DNA of 64,000 bases, taken from positions 2,704,623-2,768,622 of the forward strand of contig OZ244875.1 in assembly GCA_965221275.1 (NCBI GenBank). The letters are read 5' to 3'. A program made the translations under genes and the position numbers. The notes beneath the pieces were generated by a model. The model made no database searches, was not told the DNA's origin, and worked only from the letters and a program-made list of their open reading frames with translations. This DNA is from Phototrophicaceae bacterium (GTDB lineage: Bacteria > Chloroflexota > Anaerolineae > Aggregatilineales > Phototrophicaceae). Each line of letters opens with the position of its first letter. Position 1 is the stretch's first letter. Below, in pieces: positions 17,170 through 25,511 of this stretch.

Positions 17170-18438
17170 TCATCTATTCTCCTGCCGCGCCGCAAAATTC
17201 CAAGCTAGTGGCGGGGGCCAATTGTCATCATATACTTCAGCTTCGGTAACCAGGAACATTGCCAAGGCGCTGCCCGTCGCGCAGTCGCCATCGAAGGGCG
17301 ATTCTTCTTGACAAGTCAACCTGCCGGTCAAACCAGGATACTCTTCGGTGTTGGCTAGGGCTTCACGAATGGCGCTGCGGCCGATGATCAAACTCCCATC
17401 TGCTAACTCGATCGCAGCGGCGGTGACTGCATCAAGCAGCAAGTTGGTCGCGTCATAAGCGTGGGCATGGTAGCCGCCGGGCGGCGTCCCGCCGATCTCT
17501 TCTTCCCATGCCATCAGCAATTCTTCATATTCCTCACCGGTCACCAGCGGACCTGAAATATAAATGCCGATGGCGGCCTCGCCCGTATTTTCGGGGAAGC
17601 TCGCCACAAAGCTTGCTCCACCAGCGATAATCGTGCTGCTCTCCAACTCTGATATTTGCTGCATCTGTGCCGTGAAAAAATTGGATTCTGGCTCAAACAA
17701 GGGCAGGTAAATGACATCGGGAGCGTAGACAGCGATCTCGGTCAGAATCGAGGTCATATCAGTATCGCCTTTATTGACCGCGCCCTCGAAAACAACTTCC
17801 CCACCCAGATCGGTGAAGGTATCCGCCACTACGCGAGAAAGCCCTTCGGTGTATGGATCGCCATCATGCACTGTCGCCAAACTTGCCGCCTCCAAGACAT
17901 TTACCGCGAACTCGGCATTGCGCATCCCTTCCATCAAGCCGTTGTGGCTGGTGCGAAAATAGCCGGGCAGATGGGAACCGCCTGCGTCAATATTCGCATT
18001 TGTCAGGCTGGGCGAGGTATTCGATGGGGCGATCATCACCATGCGGGCCTCGCTAATGATGGGCATGGCGCCTTGTGCCGCGCTGGAGCAACTGGTGCCG
18101 ATGACGCCAATAATGCTTTCGTCGGCAGACAGCCGTTGAGCTGCCGCTTGCCCGCCTTCGGCTGAACACAGGCTGTCTTCAAGCACAAGCTCGATGTCGT
18201 GCCCCAGCAGCGATTCACCGCGATCGAGTATCGCCAGCTCCACACCTCCAAGCGCATCTTCACCAAGATAGGACACCGCGCCAGAAACAGCCAACATGGC
18301 GCCGATCGCTATCGGATCCTCCGGTCCCACTTCGATGCAGCCAAAGCTGTCTTCGCACGATTGTTGTGCCAGGAGTGGCAAGCAGCACAGGAAGAGCAAG
18401 CTCAAAATCACCAACAAGCGGATCAAATATCTGGTCAC
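17170..18438 (-). CDS. ABC transporter substrate-binding protein, LivK/type-1 periplasmic-binding fold (paralog 2)
   Basis: 422 aa. Has a signal peptide. IAIGAMLAVSGAVSYLGED..., GVIGTSCSSAAQGA. Clearly paralogous to the neighbouring gene along its whole length. Confidence 0.85.
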   Translation of the reverse strand: MTRYLIRLLVILSLLFLCCLPLLAQQSCEDSFGCIEVGPEDPIAIGAMLAVSGAVSYLGEDALGGVELAILDRGESLLGHDIELVLEDSLCSAEGGQAAAQRLSADESIIGVIGTSCSSAAQGAMPIISEARMVMIAPSNTSPSLTNANIDAGGSHLPGYFRTSHNGLMEGMRNAEFAVNVLEAASLATVHDGDPYTEGLSRVVADTFTDLGGEVVFEGAVNKGDTDMTSILTEIAVYAPDVIYLPLFEPESNFFTAQMQQISELESSTIIAGGASFVASFPENTGEAAIGIYISGPLVTGEEYEELLMAWEEEIGGTPPGGYHAHAYDATNLLLDAVTAAAIELADGSLIIGRSAIREALANTEEYPGLTGRLTCQEESPFDGDCATGSALAMFLVTEAEVYDDNWPPPLAWNFAARQENR

Positions 18439-18552
18439 AGGGTAGAATCCATTGCCGTTGTTGTGGCTATCTGCAAGCGATGTTGATGTCTACACAAAAT
18501 AGCACTTGCCATTATCTGGTTCGCTGCCTGTAGGGTGACGCCGTGAAACCGC

Positions 18553-18599
18553 AAAAAAGTGAAAGACAAGCCCAAGATATATCACTCGGGCTTGTCTTT
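18553..18599 (-). terminator. Rho-independent terminator between the two binding-protein paralogs
   Basis: Perfect 12-bp inverted repeat aaagacaagccc (18562-18573) / gggcttgtcttt (18588-18599). On the minus strand it is followed by a T-run (plus-strand aaaaaa, 18553-18558). Confidence 0.6.
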
Positions 18600-18634
18600 G
18601 ATTCGTTCATAATCGGTTGATTGACCGAAGCAAA

Positions 18635-19906
18635 CTAGCCTTCATCTTCCATCATAGACATGGACAGATCCCAAACAACTGGCGGGGGCCAATTCCCTTC
18701 GTTGACTTCGGCTTCCGTCAGCTCGAAGACAGCCAAAGCCGTACCAGTGGCACAGTCACCAGCATATGGTGATTCTTCCTGACAGGTTAGCGAGCCGGTC
18801 AAACCTTGGTATTCTTCCACCGCTGCCAAGGCATCGCGCAATGCTTGGCGGCCGATGCTGGTGCTGCCGTCATCGGCGTCCTGCGCCACAGCTTCTACCG
18901 CATCCAGCAGCATGTTGGTCGCGTCATAGGAGTGCGCGTGGAAACCGCTGGGCGGCACGCCACCAAATTCATCGTCCCATTTGACCAGGAATTCTTCATA
19001 AGACTCGCCAGTCACGGAGGGACCTGACATGAAGATGCCCAAAGCAGCAGCGCCGGTGTTTTCGGGGAAGCCCGCTACCAGGCTACCGTCAGCCGTCATC
19101 ATGATTGTGTTTTCCAAACCGGGGGTAGTGACCAATTGCGCGGCGATGAAGTTGGCTTCCGGCTCGAACAGCGGGAAGTAAACAACATCCGGTCCGCTGG
19201 CCGCGATTTCTGTCAGGATAGCCGTCATATCGGTATCGCCCTTGCTGACCGCACCCTCGAAGACGACATCGCCGCCCAATTCGGCAAAAGTATCCGCCAT
19301 GACATTGGCAAGACCCTCAGTATAAGGATCGCCATCATGAATGGTCGCCAAGCTTCCAGCTTGCAGGACTTCTTGGGCGAACTGCGCTGCCATCGCACCC
19401 TGGAAGAGGTCGTTGTGGCCCGTGCGGAAGTAACCCGGCAGGTATGCGCCACCGGCATCGGTGTCATCATTGGTCAGGCTGGGTGATGTATTGGAGGGCG
19501 AAATCATCAACATGCCAGCATCGCTGATAATGGGCAAAGCACCCTGCGCGGCGCCGGAACAGTTGGTGCCAACCACGCCGACAATCGTCTCGTCCGCGGC
19601 AATCCGTTGGGCAGCGGATTGACCACCATCAGCAGTACACAGGCTATCTTCCACCACCAAAATGATTTCACGACCCAAAAGCATGCCGTCGCGATCGCCG
19701 ATAGCAATCTCTATACCACCTTGGGAGTCTTCGCCAAGGAAAGAGGTCGCGCCGGAAACCGTGAGCATAGCACCGACTACGATGGGGTCATCGGGACCAA
19801 GTTCGACACAGCCCAACGCATCCATGCACTCCATTTGCGCAAAAGCTGGAACGCTAAAGGCAAGAAGAAGGCTCAGGACAGTGAGTACGAGTAACAAACG
19901 TTTCAT
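18635..19906 (-). CDS. ABC transporter substrate-binding protein, LivK/type-1 periplasmic-binding fold (paralog 1)
   Basis: 423 aa. Signal peptide MKRLLLVLTVLSLLLAFSVPAFA. IVVGAMLTVSGATSFLGED, GVVGTNCSGAAQGA. Confidence 0.85.
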   Translation of the reverse strand: MKRLLLVLTVLSLLLAFSVPAFAQMECMDALGCVELGPDDPIVVGAMLTVSGATSFLGEDSQGGIEIAIGDRDGMLLGREIILVVEDSLCTADGGQSAAQRIAADETIVGVVGTNCSGAAQGALPIISDAGMLMISPSNTSPSLTNDDTDAGGAYLPGYFRTGHNDLFQGAMAAQFAQEVLQAGSLATIHDGDPYTEGLANVMADTFAELGGDVVFEGAVSKGDTDMTAILTEIAASGPDVVYFPLFEPEANFIAAQLVTTPGLENTIMMTADGSLVAGFPENTGAAALGIFMSGPSVTGESYEEFLVKWDDEFGGVPPSGFHAHSYDATNMLLDAVEAVAQDADDGSTSIGRQALRDALAAVEEYQGLTGSLTCQEESPYAGDCATGTALAVFELTEAEVNEGNWPPPVVWDLSMSMMEDEG

Positions 19907-20189
19907 TGTTTCATGTCTCCTTTTCTATTGGACTAATCGTGCTGGAAGCACGATGCTTGAATTATACAGATATTTTCACAGTTTGTATATTACTCTCTTT
20001 AGAATAATCTGATTTCCGTCAAGCCCCAGTGTTCTCCCCGAGAAACCTAAATTAATGGCGCAAGCTCTATAGCGATATCTCTTTGTCAGCTGGACATCGA
20101 CAAACGCAAGTGGGAAATCTCAAGCGTTATTGTACAATTCTTTTGTGCCGACACTACATAATTGGGCTAATGGAGCGGCTATCCGGATT

Positions 20190-21377
20190 ATGAAGTTGCT
20201 TGTTGTCGTATCGTCACTCGATTTGAAACAGCCTTTCAGCGCGACGCCAGCTTGGTGGCAGCTGCTAAAAGGCTTATACGAACTCGGGGTGGAAATCATC
20301 GCCACACCATATCAGGGAGCGGCGATTGAAAGCCTCTGGTGGCGCTCGGAAAAAAATCCAGCCCGTTGGCAGGGGGATGCCTTCAAGACTTTGCGGGAGC
20401 TCTCTCGCGCTGCTTTGCCCGCGAGATCAACCGCGACCAGCGAGCCAGCTACGCGGGACTCAGTATCCGACAAAGCGATACGCACTATCGCCAACACGAT
20501 GATCGCGCCCTTATGGCGGCGGCATTTGGAGCGGATCCTGCTGGGCGATTCCGATATCGATGCGCTGCTGTTCTTGACGGTGCCGCTCAACCAGCTCAAA
20601 GGTGTGCCGCGCTATATCTCGCAAAAGTTCAATATGCCTGTTTTTTATTTCGATGGCGATGTCCCAGCCAGCCTGCCTAATATGGAGGGTTTTGCCTCTG
20701 GTTTTCGTATTTATCAAGGGGCGGATCTGGGCGAATACGCCGCCTTCATCAGCAACAGTAAGGGTGGTGAAGAACTGTTGCGGCAACTGGGCGTCAAGAA
20801 TGTGCATACCGTTTTCTACGGCGCCGATCCCGATGTCTTCAGTCCGATATCAGTGTCGGCCCAAGATATCGATGTCTTCTTTTATGGACATGGACGCGAA
20901 TACCGGCAGGAGTGGATCGACAACATGATCAGCGAGCCATCGCGTCAACTTAGCCAATATCAGTTTGCCGTGCGCGGTACCAAGCTGGGAAACTTGGGCA
21001 ACACCGAAGAGCTGCCTTATCTCAGCTTCAGCAAACTCCGCGAATATGTCTGCCGCAGCAAAATCAACCTTTGTATCACCCGCGACGCCCACGCCAGCGT
21101 ATACGCTTCATCATCCTCACGCCCTTTTGAGTTGAGCGCCATGGGTGCCTGTATTGTGGCAAATCCCTATCTGGGGCTGGAGCAATGGTTCGAGCCAGGT
21201 AAGGAACTGCTCATAGTGCACTCCGCCGAAGAAGCCATCGAGCGCTACAAGTATCTGCTAGCTCATGACGCTGAACGGATCGTTATTGGCAATGCGGCGC
21301 GCCAACGTGTATTGAAGCAGCACACTTTTCGTCATCGCGCTCGGGAACTGCTAGGTATCATCAGACAGTACCTTTAG
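20190..21377 (+). CDS. CgeB-like glycosyltransferase-family protein (Glyco_trans_1_2-type C-terminus)
   Basis: The C-terminal RPFELSAMGACIVANPY...ELLIVHSAEEAIERYKYLLAHDAERIVIGNAARQRVLKQHTFRHRA resembles CgeB/DUF3880-type proteins. I chose the start at ATG 20190 (MKLLVVV). The track ORF starts at 20130. Confidence 0.55.
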   Translation: MKLLVVVSSLDLKQPFSATPAWWQLLKGLYELGVEIIATPYQGAAIESLWWRSEKNPARWQGDAFKTLRELSRAALPARSTATSEPATRDSVSDKAIRTIANTMIAPLWRRHLERILLGDSDIDALLFLTVPLNQLKGVPRYISQKFNMPVFYFDGDVPASLPNMEGFASGFRIYQGADLGEYAAFISNSKGGEELLRQLGVKNVHTVFYGADPDVFSPISVSAQDIDVFFYGHGREYRQEWIDNMISEPSRQLSQYQFAVRGTKLGNLGNTEELPYLSFSKLREYVCRSKINLCITRDAHASVYASSSSRPFELSAMGACIVANPYLGLEQWFEPGKELLIVHSAEEAIERYKYLLAHDAERIVIGNAARQRVLKQHTFRHRARELLGIIRQYL

Positions 21378-21444
21378 CCCTGTGCGCATATCCCAGCGTT
21401 TGTATTGAAGTTCGCAGTTGTCATCGAGAAATGGAGAAATAACG

Positions 21445-22275
21445 ATGTCTTTTGATGTGTCGAAAGCCCGCCACTTTGTTCATCAAGCAGGCACGCTGTT
21501 TGAACGCGCTCTGTTTTCCTGGTTGTTTGATGGCGGAAGCCTCGAACGGCTGCAACAGATCATCCTTTGTTATAAGAACCCCGACAATGGATTCGGGCAT
21601 GGATTCGAGCATGATTTGAAGGCGCCCCAATCGAATCCGCTGGCGCTGGAATACCTGCTAAGCGTGATGAAACACGCTGGGATCCCGCCCGGATCGATCC
21701 TCGAGGGAACGGCGGACTGGTTGGAAAGTCAAATGGATGACGATGGCAATCTGCGCAACTCGCCAGCGATGCGGGATTATCCAATGGCGCCCTGGTGGCA
21801 GGAGAGCGGTGGGCAAACAATGCCCGATGCCATCGTCGGCAATCTGATACATTTTGGCTACGCCACGCCTTCTCTAATTCGGCGGACCAAAGACTGGGTG
21901 CTCGCAAACTATACACCCGAGAAAATCGGCGAGAATGAATGGCTCTTCATGGCATATCACGCCGTTGATTTCTTCTTCGCGGTAGATGACTTGCCGGATC
22001 TGGCAAACTTCCGCCGGGCAACCATTGACAATGTCGTCGCTTGTGCCTTGCAAGCGCCGGCAGAGCAATACGATTCCATTTTCGCTTTTGCCCCAACGTC
22101 GGATTCTGTTGTGGCGCAGGCGCTGCCAGCTGGATTGCTCGATCGTTTTCTCGATGTCCTCTCCGGGTCGCAACAGGAAGATGGCCACTGGGACGACCAA
22201 CACAATCTGCCGCAATGGTATCCGATGACAACCATCAATGTCCTGCTGGCGCTGCGGCGTTATGGCAGGTGGTAG
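21445..22275 (+). CDS. Hypothetical protein, possibly alpha/alpha-toroid (prenyltransferase/terpene-cyclase-like repeats)
   Basis: Recurrent [NQ]xxDGxx motifs (YKNPDNGFGH, QMDDDGNL, QQEDGHWDD). Start ATG 21445 is preceded by GGAGA-N7. Confidence 0.45.
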   Translation: MSFDVSKARHFVHQAGTLFERALFSWLFDGGSLERLQQIILCYKNPDNGFGHGFEHDLKAPQSNPLALEYLLSVMKHAGIPPGSILEGTADWLESQMDDDGNLRNSPAMRDYPMAPWWQESGGQTMPDAIVGNLIHFGYATPSLIRRTKDWVLANYTPEKIGENEWLFMAYHAVDFFFAVDDLPDLANFRRATIDNVVACALQAPAEQYDSIFAFAPTSDSVVAQALPAGLLDRFLDVLSGSQQEDGHWDDQHNLPQWYPMTTINVLLALRRYGRW

Positions 22276-22341
22276 GGTACATCGGGCGCTGTGTTATACT
22301 GACTGCCGAAGGTAATAATATCGCGGGAATGGAGTAGCGTT

Positions 22342-23163
22342 TTGTCTATCGATTACATCATCGAATACGATTGTATTCCCAAGCGCGAATTGAAGGCTGA
22401 AGGCATTTTGGATCGTCTTAAGGAACGCGCGCGCGCCCAAGAAGTCATCCGCTGGTTTCGCACGGCCGGCGATCAACGCTCTCCCGATCAAATGGGTTTT
22501 GAATTCAGCCAGAGCGTGCCCGGCGACGAGGGCGACAAACAACTGATCGTCGTTCAGGATTTGCTCGATCATTCGGCTGCCCTCGATGATTATGCCGAAT
22601 ACTGCCAGGACTGCCCAGCCAATCGCGGGCGCGGCGCTTATGGCTGTGTGGGCTTTGTCAAGTACCCCATCTCGGCATCGGCGGAAGCCTGGCTGTTGGA
22701 TCGGCTGCCATTGCCCACGGAACCACTGATTTGGTTGTTGTTGAAGCAAGGCATTCAAAAGCTCGGCTATGACGGATCTTCGATACTGGCTTTGCGCCAA
22801 ATTGACGGGGATGATGAGGTTGGCGAGCGCAACTATTTTGAATTGCCGGTCGCTCCACAGCGACGCCTGGGTGAGCTGCGGGTATCGGGCGATCAAGTGC
22901 TGGAAATGATTTTTGGAGTGGGGCAGCGCATCATCCCCAATCACGCGGGGATTCTTTTGCTCTTCTTTCATGCCATCGGGCGCGATCTGGAAGCGCATGA
23001 GATACAAGATATCTCGTCTTCCAACTCGACGCTCAGGGACCAGATAGACTTCGAGCTGCCAGATACAACCGAATATGATGACTGCATCAAGGAATTAGCA
23101 CTATTCTTTCAAGCATTGTACATGGCTTGGAAGCTCAATGTGCCGCTCTTCCTTGATGCCTAA
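22342..23163 (+). CDS. Hypothetical protein (Cys-containing segment CQDCPANRGRGAYGCVGF); no family recognised
   Basis: 273-aa ORF with a TTG start, on the same strand and closely spaced with the two upstream genes. A long antisense ORF overlaps it, so the strand choice is not certain. Confidence 0.4.
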   Translation: MSIDYIIEYDCIPKRELKAEGILDRLKERARAQEVIRWFRTAGDQRSPDQMGFEFSQSVPGDEGDKQLIVVQDLLDHSAALDDYAEYCQDCPANRGRGAYGCVGFVKYPISASAEAWLLDRLPLPTEPLIWLLLKQGIQKLGYDGSSILALRQIDGDDEVGERNYFELPVAPQRRLGELRVSGDQVLEMIFGVGQRIIPNHAGILLLFFHAIGRDLEAHEIQDISSSNSTLRDQIDFELPDTTEYDDCIKELALFFQALYMAWKLNVPLFLDA

Positions 23164-23192
23164 TTACGCAACCAAGCGGGAGAACCTTTACG

Positions 23193-23780
23193 ATGGACAC
23201 AGCCAAACAATCGATAGCCTGGATTGAAACTGTCCCAGAGGGGGAGGCAACTGGTGAGTTGAAGCGCGCCTATCAACGCGCTGGTGACGCCAAGACCGGG
23301 CAAGTTGATCATATTATGAAGATTCATAGTTTGAACCCTGCCTCGCTGATTGATCATTTACATCTCTACAAGACATTGATGTTCGCCGATTCTCCACTGA
23401 CCCGCGCGCAGCGCGAGATGATCGGCGTAGTGGTCTCCGCCATTAACCGCTGCCAATATTGACTGCGGCATCATGCGCGCAACCTCCGTCAGTTGACTGG
23501 AGATCGAGATTTGACGGCTCAGATTGAGCGGGATTACCAGAACGCGGCTTTGGCGCGGGCCGACCGAGCCATGCTGGATTATACTGCCAAGTTGACCCGC
23601 AAGCCCGAGGATATGGTCGAGGAAGATCTGGTTGCCTTGCGGGCATGTGGATTTGGCGATCGAGCGATCCTCGATATTGCGCAAGTCGTGGCATATTACG
23701 CTTATGTCAATCGAATCGCCGATGGCTTAGGGGTATCGCTGGAAGGCTATTGGACCGAGGGCAAGGAAGATTATGACTAA
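23193..23780 (+). CDS. AhpD-like / carboxymuconolactone-decarboxylase-family peroxidase-related protein. Probable selenoprotein with an in-frame TGA (Sec) at 23460-23462.
   Basis: Track ORFs 23193..23462 and 23493..23780 share one frame. Read-through gives ...VVSAINRCQY-U-LRHHARNL..., i.e. the AhpD-family C-x-Y-C-x-x-H-H redox motif with TGA at the second Cys. The downstream part (AILDIAQVVAYYAYVNRIADGLG) continues the family fold. Confidence 0.6.
23484..23502 (+). promoter_or_regulatory. Candidate SECIS-like hairpin downstream of the AhpD-like TGA
   Basis: ctccgtc-agtt-gac(t)ggag: a 7-bp stem with one bulged U and an AGUU apical loop. The loop starts 31 nt after the U of UGA. Alternative pairings exist (ctgcgg/ccgtcag at 23463-23492; ccgtca/tgacgg at 23486-23517). 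Confidence 0.3.
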
Positions 23781-23782
23781 CT

Positions 23783-23923
23783 TCAGCCGCCACGAGTGGC
23801 CAGCGCCAACAAAACCAGCACAGCCAGAATAATGGCAATCGCGGCGGCCGCATAGAATTTGCCGAAGAGCTTGCGCGCCTCCGAGCCTTCGCGGAAGATA
23901 TCGGACAATTTCAAGTGATTCAC
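23783..23923 (-). CDS. Possible small tail-anchored membrane peptide (46 aa), not in the ORF track
   Basis: My own translation is V(M)NHLKLSDIFREGSEARKLFGKFYAAAAIAIILAVLVLLALATRGG*. It has a clean C-terminal TM helix, but only GTG/TTG start options and a weak RBS. Confidence 0.25.
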   Translation of the reverse strand: MNHLKLSDIFREGSEARKLFGKFYAAAAIAIILAVLVLLALATRGG

Positions 23924-24043
23924 CTTCGCCCTGTTTCATGCAACACTATTATTAGCTTAGTCGGATTCGCAGTCTAAAGCAATAGCTGCATACTGAGCAA
24001 GCACATGCTATGATGATACCAACAGTCAAGGGCAAAGAATCCC

Positions 24044-25489
24044 ATGTCAGTTATTCCTAAGGACTTCACCGGTTATATCGCTGTGGTCAAGCGGGACTGC
24101 GCCACTTGTAGACTTATCGAACCCGTGCTGCGGGACCTGCAACGGAAGCTGAATCTGCGCCTCTATTCTCAAGACGATCCCAGTTTTCCGGCGGGCATGA
24201 AAACTGTGTTCGACGACCGCGAGCTGGAAATCTCCTATCGTCTCGATATCGAGATTGTGCCGACACTGATTCGAGTGGAAGCTGGACTGGAGGCGGAACG
24301 CCTGCTCGGCTGGCGGCGGGATGAGTGGCGCCGCTTGACTGAGTTGCCTCGGTTGGGCGCTGGCTTACCGTGCTCAAGCCCGGGCTGTGGTTCAAAGTCC
24401 TGCGACCCAGGTATGCCGGAAAAATTGGCATTTGAGTTCGGTCATACAACTTTGCAAGCCCGTCGCATTGAATTGGCGAGCCAGCAAGATGCTCAGGAAC
24501 TGGCTCATGAGCGCGGCTGGTCGGATGGCTTGCCAATCGTACCGCCTACCGAAGAGCGTGTCTTGAAAATGCTGGGCGGGACAGATCGCTTGCCGTCCGA
24601 AATCCTGGGCATTGTCCCGCCGGATAATGCCCCCTGCACGGTGGAAAAGGTCGCGATCAATGCGGTCATGGCGGGCTGCAAACCGGAATACCTGCCGGTG
24701 GTATTGGCGGCGGTGGAAGCAGCTTGTCTCGATGAATTTTGCATGCATGGTGTGTTGGCAACCACATACTTCGCAGCGCCCATCGTTATTGTCAACGGAC
24801 CCATCGTCAAACAGATCGGCATGAACACGGCGCACAATGTATTGGGGCAGGGCAATCGCGCCAACTCGACGATTGGGCGGGCGCTGCAGTTGGTGATTCG
24901 CAATGTTGGTGGCGGTAAACCGGGAGGCGTTGATCGCGCCACATTAGGACAACCTGGCAAACTTGGCTTCTGTTTTGCCGAGCGAGAGCAGGATTCTTAT
25001 TGGGATTCGCTGGCGGTGGAGCGCGGATTCACCTCACAAGATTCGACTGTGACACTTTTCGCCGGCGGTGGCGTACATCCCATCGGCGATCAGAAATCGC
25101 GCGAGCCGGAGTCTCTGACACGCAGCCTGGCTTTGACATTGCGCACCATATACCACAGCAAAATATATGGCGCCGCCGATGCGATGCTGGTTATTTCGCC
25201 GGAGCACATGCGTGTCTTCCGCGAAGCGGGCTGGTCCAAAGCGCGTTTTCGTGAAGTGCTGGATGCACATTTGACGGTTGCTGGGCGAGAGATCCTGCAA
25301 GGTGTTGATGGAATTGCCGAGGGCATGCCGGCGCAGCTCGCCGATAAACGATTGTCCAAGTTTCGTCCCGGTGGGCTGCTGATTGTGCATGCTGGCGGCG
25401 GGGCTGGTATGTGGTCGGCGGTCATCACTGGCTGGGCGGCCAGCGGCGCAAAAGGCAGTGTACCCGTCACTGTCGCCATCAAGTCTTGA
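24044..25489 (+). CDS. Thioredoxin-fold (CxxC) N-terminal domain fused to an uncharacterised ~350-aa C-terminal domain
   Basis: 481 aa. N-terminus YIAVVKRDCATCRLIEPVL...IEIVPTLI is thioredoxin-like. I cannot assign the C-terminal domain (GWSDGLPIVPPTEERVLKMLGG..., NRANSTIGRALQLVIRNVGGGKPGG). There is a 22-nt gap to the downstream UGSC gene. Confidence 0.7.
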   Translation: MSVIPKDFTGYIAVVKRDCATCRLIEPVLRDLQRKLNLRLYSQDDPSFPAGMKTVFDDRELEISYRLDIEIVPTLIRVEAGLEAERLLGWRRDEWRRLTELPRLGAGLPCSSPGCGSKSCDPGMPEKLAFEFGHTTLQARRIELASQQDAQELAHERGWSDGLPIVPPTEERVLKMLGGTDRLPSEILGIVPPDNAPCTVEKVAINAVMAGCKPEYLPVVLAAVEAACLDEFCMHGVLATTYFAAPIVIVNGPIVKQIGMNTAHNVLGQGNRANSTIGRALQLVIRNVGGGKPGGVDRATLGQPGKLGFCFAEREQDSYWDSLAVERGFTSQDSTVTLFAGGGVHPIGDQKSREPESLTRSLALTLRTIYHSKIYGAADAMLVISPEHMRVFREAGWSKARFREVLDAHLTVAGREILQGVDGIAEGMPAQLADKRLSKFRPGGLLIVHAGGGAGMWSAVITGWAASGAKGSVPVTVAIKS

Positions 25490-25511
25490 AGGAATTGATT
25501 GGAGGGAAACG

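Noticed and set aside
22294-23007. 237-aa minus-strand ORF antisense to the 22342..23163 gene
   Set aside because: It has no recognisable motifs and a low-complexity, Arg/Gln-rich composition typical of shadow ORFs in GC-rich DNA. The plus-strand ORF fits the local same-strand gene string. The strand choice is flagged as uncertain in the findings.
23460-23462. Alternative reading of the AhpD-like TGA as a nonsense mutation (pseudogene) or sequencing error
   Set aside because: It is not my primary call for three reasons. The TGA falls exactly on the redox Cys. The downstream frame stays open and family-like. A second TGA-in-redox-motif gene lies nearby. It remains the main alternative if the genome lacks Sec machinery.
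23727-23939. 70-aa minus-strand track ORF between the AhpD-like and Trx-fusion genes
   Set aside because: Its composition is not protein-like and it overlaps the AhpD-like 3' end. A different frame gives a more plausible 46-aa membrane peptide, which is reported at low confidence.
25383-25511. N-terminal 43-codon extension of the UGSC-gene ORF
   Set aside because: It overlaps the 3' end of the preceding gene and has no RBS, whereas ATG 25512 has GGAGGG upstream.
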